Positions 53,234 through 64,000 of a DNA stretch of 64,000 bases are shown here, piece after piece. Every line of letters starts with the position of its first letter. The stretch's first letter is position 1. Source of the DNA: Amoebidium appalachense. Taxonomy: Eukaryota; Protista; Ichthyosporea. A program made the translations under genes and the position numbers. The DNA is taken from NCBI GenBank assembly GCA_963693365.1, contig CAVNZM010000010.1:7937794-8001793 (forward strand), read 5' to 3'. The notes below the pieces were generated by a model. The model made no database searches, had not been told where the DNA came from, and worked only from the letters and a program-made list of their open reading frames with translations.

Positions 53234-55300
53234 CACTTACCGCGCTCTGTGAGGTGAGTGTCAAGAACACGTCATCAGACACGATGGTGGTGCCCGAGTT
53301 GGGACCGGGGGGGTCCCTTGCAGAATCTCCGTACTTGGCCCATTTCTGTGTGCACACACCTTCTGTCAAACGACACATCTCACCCCAAATCCGATCATTC
53401 ATTCATCCAAAAAGAATAACTTTTCCCCCAAACCCCATCCCCCCCCCCCCCCCCGGGGGAGCCTTGCTTGACCCTTGGGTGTGGCAGGGAAGACCCAGCA
53501 ACCTAGATCTTCAACACCTTAGAGACAGGCAGACACACATTTCCTCCCTGAAATCTGGCCAGCTTCCAAAACATCCAATTAGTATCTATGCTTAAGGCAT
53601 AATCATGATTTGAAAAGCATCCACACATTCCCCCGTTTGCTGGTGTGATCATCACGTAGGGAAAAAAAAGAGGGGGGGGGGGGGGGGGGGGGGGGATATG
53701 TATCCAATAGAATGTGGCAACCCATTGAAGCAAAAAAAAATTGAAAGCAAAAAAGACAAAAAATATGAGAACGACGAAAACAAGAGGTGAGAATATAACA
53801 GTTAATTGACAGCTCAACATATGAAACGGAGTCCACGGGGGAGGGGGGGGGGGGGGGGGGGGGGGAGGAATCCATCGACAAGAATCGAATTTTTTTGCAC
53901 TTGTCCCCCCACACTATCCCCCCCCCCCCCCCCAAAACCCCCTCCCTCCCCTCGGTGCATGCGACCTTCCCAGCCTCTTACCTTTCTGGCAGCAACAGCA
54001 GGAGTGATTTTTCTCCTTGCCAGCTCGACTCTGAATGTGCGGGTAATCTGCAAGGCCACCATCAGTTTCGAATGTACGTGATCACAATAACATGGTCTGT
54101 GTGTGTACCGGACACACACGGCATGCTGTTAGATGCGAATAGAACAAACATGATCTCTCACGCTTTGGGTGCCAGTGCAACTGGTAACTCCTTCGTTTTT
54201 GTTAAAATAAGTTGGCTATTAGTGTGTGTCTGCACGTTTATATCCGTGGTATCTGTGTATGTGCACAATAAAAACATCAGTGCATATAGTTCTCATTTAC
54301 TGAGAGCTAGGTCTGAGAGTGTGTGTGTGAGTATGTGGACTAGAGCGTGTGCAGGTATGTGCATGAGTGAGCGCACAAGTATAGCGTTCCTATGTGTGTG
54401 TGTGTGTGTGTCTGTGATAGTATTAGCGCCTGCGTGTGCACGAGAGTGGGCCTGGTGCTTCATGGTACACAAATGGAATGTGTATGTTGGTGTGTGTGCG
54501 TGCATACGCGTGTGTGTGCGCCATCACAGATGTTTGTGTGTGTGGGTGTGTGTGGGTGTGTGTGTGTGTGTGCGCGCACCCGCATGTGTGTGCGACTGCG
54601 TGCTTGCATGCACAAGTATGTGTGTTCGCCGCTGTGCACCATGCATTCCAGTGTATGTGTGTGACTGTGTATGTTTGTAGGTCTGCACGCCTGCAGGTGA
54701 AAGTGTGTCAACTCAATAAGGTGTGGTTGAGTGTATGGAGGTGTCGGTGGTTCCAATAGTAGTGTTCAATGTCGAGGATAAAACAACAGCAGCACCAGGT
54801 CCTCTAAACCGCCTCCAATCCCACACCCGCATCACCAAGACAGGAGTGTGCAGACAAAGCAAGAAAAAACGACAGCCCACCTTCTCCTTCTTCTTGGTGT
54901 CTGCGTTGATTCTGTACTCGACCACGGTCTTGATCCCGTCAATGGGTCCCGTCACAACGGGGGGAGGCAGCCCATCTACGGCCCCAGCTTGATCAGACAC
55001 AAAATCTACCTTCTTAGCCTACACTGTTAAGTAGAAACTCCTGCCAACCCCAATATGAAGCCAGGCTCTACTTATACACCGAAGGGTGTTCTAGAGTCTA
55101 GACGGACGCCAAAGTGTGTGGGTACATAGAACAATAACAATAAAACTCACAGCCATTTCTATTGTATTGTATATAGAAGGCGCGGACAGAAACCAGACGG
55201 AGAAGAAGACAACCACTATCACATGCGCCCACTTTGTGCGTGCAGAATAGCGGGGGAAAAGGAGCCTACCATCTTCCTCCTCATCGATGTCTCCCCACAT
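50201..55300 (-). CDS. eIF3g: Eukaryotic translation initiation factor 3 subunit G (multi-exon; start uncertain)
   Basis: WGDIDEEE, KTVVEYRIN, KWAKYGDS..PGPN..TT, zinc knuckle CRICKGDHFTLKCPYKD, KYVPPSMR, RRM VRVTNLSED..SKGFAFV..GYGYDHLILQVEWAKP. Confidence 0.95.
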
Positions 55301-57628
55301 AGCCTTTCTCCTGTAAACCCAAACGTAAGTGCAGTGTCCTCCATCATACACTTACCAACGAGCAAGACCGCCTAGGCCAGACCTACCACGTTCGGACCTT
55401 TATAATGGATGATTCAAACAGCTCCAAAAAAAACCCCCGTCTAAAATGCCTGATGCTGGAAAGTAGAATCCCCTCGCCACGACGTGCAAGTGTGGGTACC
55501 GTAAAACGTTTGTTTTCGACTGAAAAATTCTGTGGTCAAAAAAGGCATATAAAACTTTTAGCTGTCGTCCCCCTTCAGCAGTAAGGAGAAACCATAGAGT
55601 AGAATGCTTTTTTTTAGCCGTATGCTCTCTTTCTTTGTGTATTTCTCCGTCCCAACCCAAAATAGGCCTGACTGTGGGTATTGACAGCCCAAAGAGTCCT
55701 CGCTTCTCCGCTGCATTGCTTGTTTCCCTGCTGAAACCCATGTTCAAAAAACTAAAAAAGGAGGCCGAATTGAGAAAACTCACTCTGGTGCAGGCATGAT
55801 GGCGTTCTTTATCACTCAAACTCTCTCTTTTTGTTGAGTGAAAGTGACTTGAGAAACGAAAAAACTACGCTCGCTCTTAGCACACCGTGCAGCCGTGAAG
55901 GGAACGCCTGTGACTGTGACGATCACAAGCACACGGGATCGCTGAATCGATCGTAGGCAGCCATGATACGCCCTGGATGTTTACACAATACACAGTTTAA
56001 AAGATCATAAACTTTTTTATAATAGACTTTCACGAATAGAAGAAGCAATTTATGATTCCTCAAAAATGGCGCCTTGACTCAATTGAAGTCCACACGTGCC
56101 CCCCAAATGGAGTCCGCCTTTTCAGTCTTTCTCTCAGCTGACTGTCTTTTCGCTTAGGAGGATCTTTTATTTAGCTGTGGCGCACAGGTCTAGGCTAGAG
56201 CTCTTTTCAAGGCCGGTTTGGCAGTGGCAGCCTTTTGCTCCCGAACCAAGAACAATTACTCTATGGTGAATACTGTGAATCAATCATGCTAGGGTGGTAC
56301 GTAGGTACAGCTGTTGAATCCCTGTCGTTTGCCCAGATCTGACACCTACAGCTTGAATCCATTTGATTTTTCACTTCAATTACAGTGCTTTACTGGTCAC
56401 CGTTGAAATTACGGTGTAATAAACTGCAACAACAGAAATATGGAGCCCTCTTGGTTGCCCTGCTTGTATTGCAGAGGCACAATTCTCTCCCTTCCTCTCC
56501 CCTGTCCCTCCCTCTCTCCCTCGCTTCTCCTCCCTCCCCACTCCCCCTTCTCCCCATCGCGCATGCGGTGCGCCCGGGCATGTGTGTGTGGGTGGGTGGG
56601 TGGGCGGTTGGGTGTGGGTGTGGGTGTGGGTGTGGGTGTGTGGGTGTGTGTGCATGCGTGGATTCCGTGTTTTATTTCGCCTCTAGGCAGTGGTATCGTC
56701 GTTCTGTGCACAAACACTGTTGCGTAAATTGTGCAACTGCAAGTGCGCAAGAGCGAGTGTGGCAAAAAGTGCGAGAGTGTGTGGAGTCAAGGAAGAAGAA
56801 AAAGAGGGAGGAAGAAAGGAATGGAATACAGCTTCTCAGCGAAGATGACCTGGTAAATGCCAGGGGCGCAACCAAGAGCTTGGGTAGTCCATATGGGTTG
56901 TAAAGAAGCAGAGGAGGAAAATTTTCCGAAAGCACGACGCCGTGTGCCTGTTCCAGGACACTTGGATAACATCCCGTGTGCTTTCTTTTTAGCTATAGCT
57001 AACACGTTGCCCTGATGCTTAAAATTACGTGGCTAGCTTCCACCGTTTAAACGACAGTTTGCTATATGCTATGTTTGTAGCAACGCCTCAATATATTGCA
57101 CTCATATAGGAGGCCTTGGTTTGTAGCACTCTGCTGCACTTGCACACGACGTACTCCGTGAATTAAAACTCTCGTGCAAGCTGCACAGAGTTGCCCAGAG
57201 GTGTTCAGAACTTGAAGGCTTCAGCGGGGCTCGGCCCCAAGGCCTTCTCGCAAAAAAAACAGACAATTGCGGCCTGGCTCACTGTCTGAGACATAGTGAC
57301 ATACACGAGGCTGATTGGTTGAACAAAACCAAGTGACGTCATTCCATTTTTTTTTCCTTGCCAATGCACAAAGGCTGACTGCACCAAGCGAAGCTTCACA
57401 GCTGCAGAGGTAGCTAAGGAACCGGGAAAGGAAACAGCCTGTGTGTCTGCAGAAGTTACGAGTATGTAGCCCTTTTTGCCTGCCCGCCCCAGCATACATA
57501 TCTTACACCATGTTCCTGCATCTCCTGTTAGCCCTCGGCAGTATGCTATATAGCAAAACTATGAAAAAGGAACGTGATGTTAAACCCATGCCTACATGCA
57601 TAAATCCTCACACGCACACACGCAGAAA

Positions 57629-63306
<5,678 letters not shown>

Positions 63307-63625
63307 GTGTGTGGTTGCGCTTGTGTTTGTTCTCTTTCGTGTGGGTGCCGAGGGGGGAAGGGGGGGGGGGGGGGGGTAGGGCTTGCACGTGATGCCTGAC
63401 TCAGAGGGAGTTTGTGCGTATGTGTTTTGCTGCACAGTGTGTGTATGTGTGTCTGTGTCTGTGTCCTGCAAATGTGTGCACTTGTGCATGTGTGTGGCCG
63501 TGCGGGTGTGCGTGTTGTGTGTAAAGGTGGAGAAAACGAGTGGGAGGTATATAATGGTGGTGGGTGGTAGTGAATGTGACTCTTTAATTGTGGGAGCCTT
63601 CAATAGGCATTGGTGAATGCAACCC

Positions 63626-63678
<53 letters not shown>

Positions 63679-63845
63679 TCAGCCAACAGAGACGACGTGT
63701 TTTTGCATCAGCCTAGCCATTGGCAACACATCATGCTTGCGCCCCTCCTCTTGCATGAAACAAATACACCAACACGACTACCGTTGCTTTGCATGCGATA
63801 AAATGCGCATGTTTGCTGTGTGTGTCCATATGCCGATGATTTGCC

Positions 63846-63912
<67 letters not shown>

Positions 63913-64000
63913 ATGGGCTCTACGTACGTTTCGAATAACACATCACACACATTCTCGTGCGCTACTCAAAACGTGTTGTGTTTTCCGTCTTAAATGTGCA

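Overview
Intron-rich eukaryotic DNA full of poly-G/C and CA/GA tracts. TFG plus ISN1 suggests a unicellular holozoan such as an ichthyosporean (inference). Bases 1-10.2 kb are a three-level transposon nest: a DIRS/PAT-type tyrosine-recombinase retrotransposon (RT-RNaseH-methyltransferase, YR) is interrupted by a gag-only LTR element (474-7630, TSD CACAG), which is itself interrupted by a decayed gypsy-like LTR element (3323-6951, TSD GAAGG). Six host genes follow: a bacterial-like Zn-MDR dehydrogenase, a Phactr/Bni4-like PP1-binding protein, a 17-exon ISN1 IMP 5'-nucleotidase fused to a CBM20-like module, a coiled-coil protein, eIF3g and TFG. The most intriguing signal is a ~453-bp non-coding retroposon-like family. 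It forms a 4.9-copy tandem array plus several dispersed copies, ends in CATTCAAA plus a C-run, carries a covarying RNA stem, and contains hammerhead-like core motifs in a non-canonical order. All calls come from reading the sequence by eye; no searches were run.
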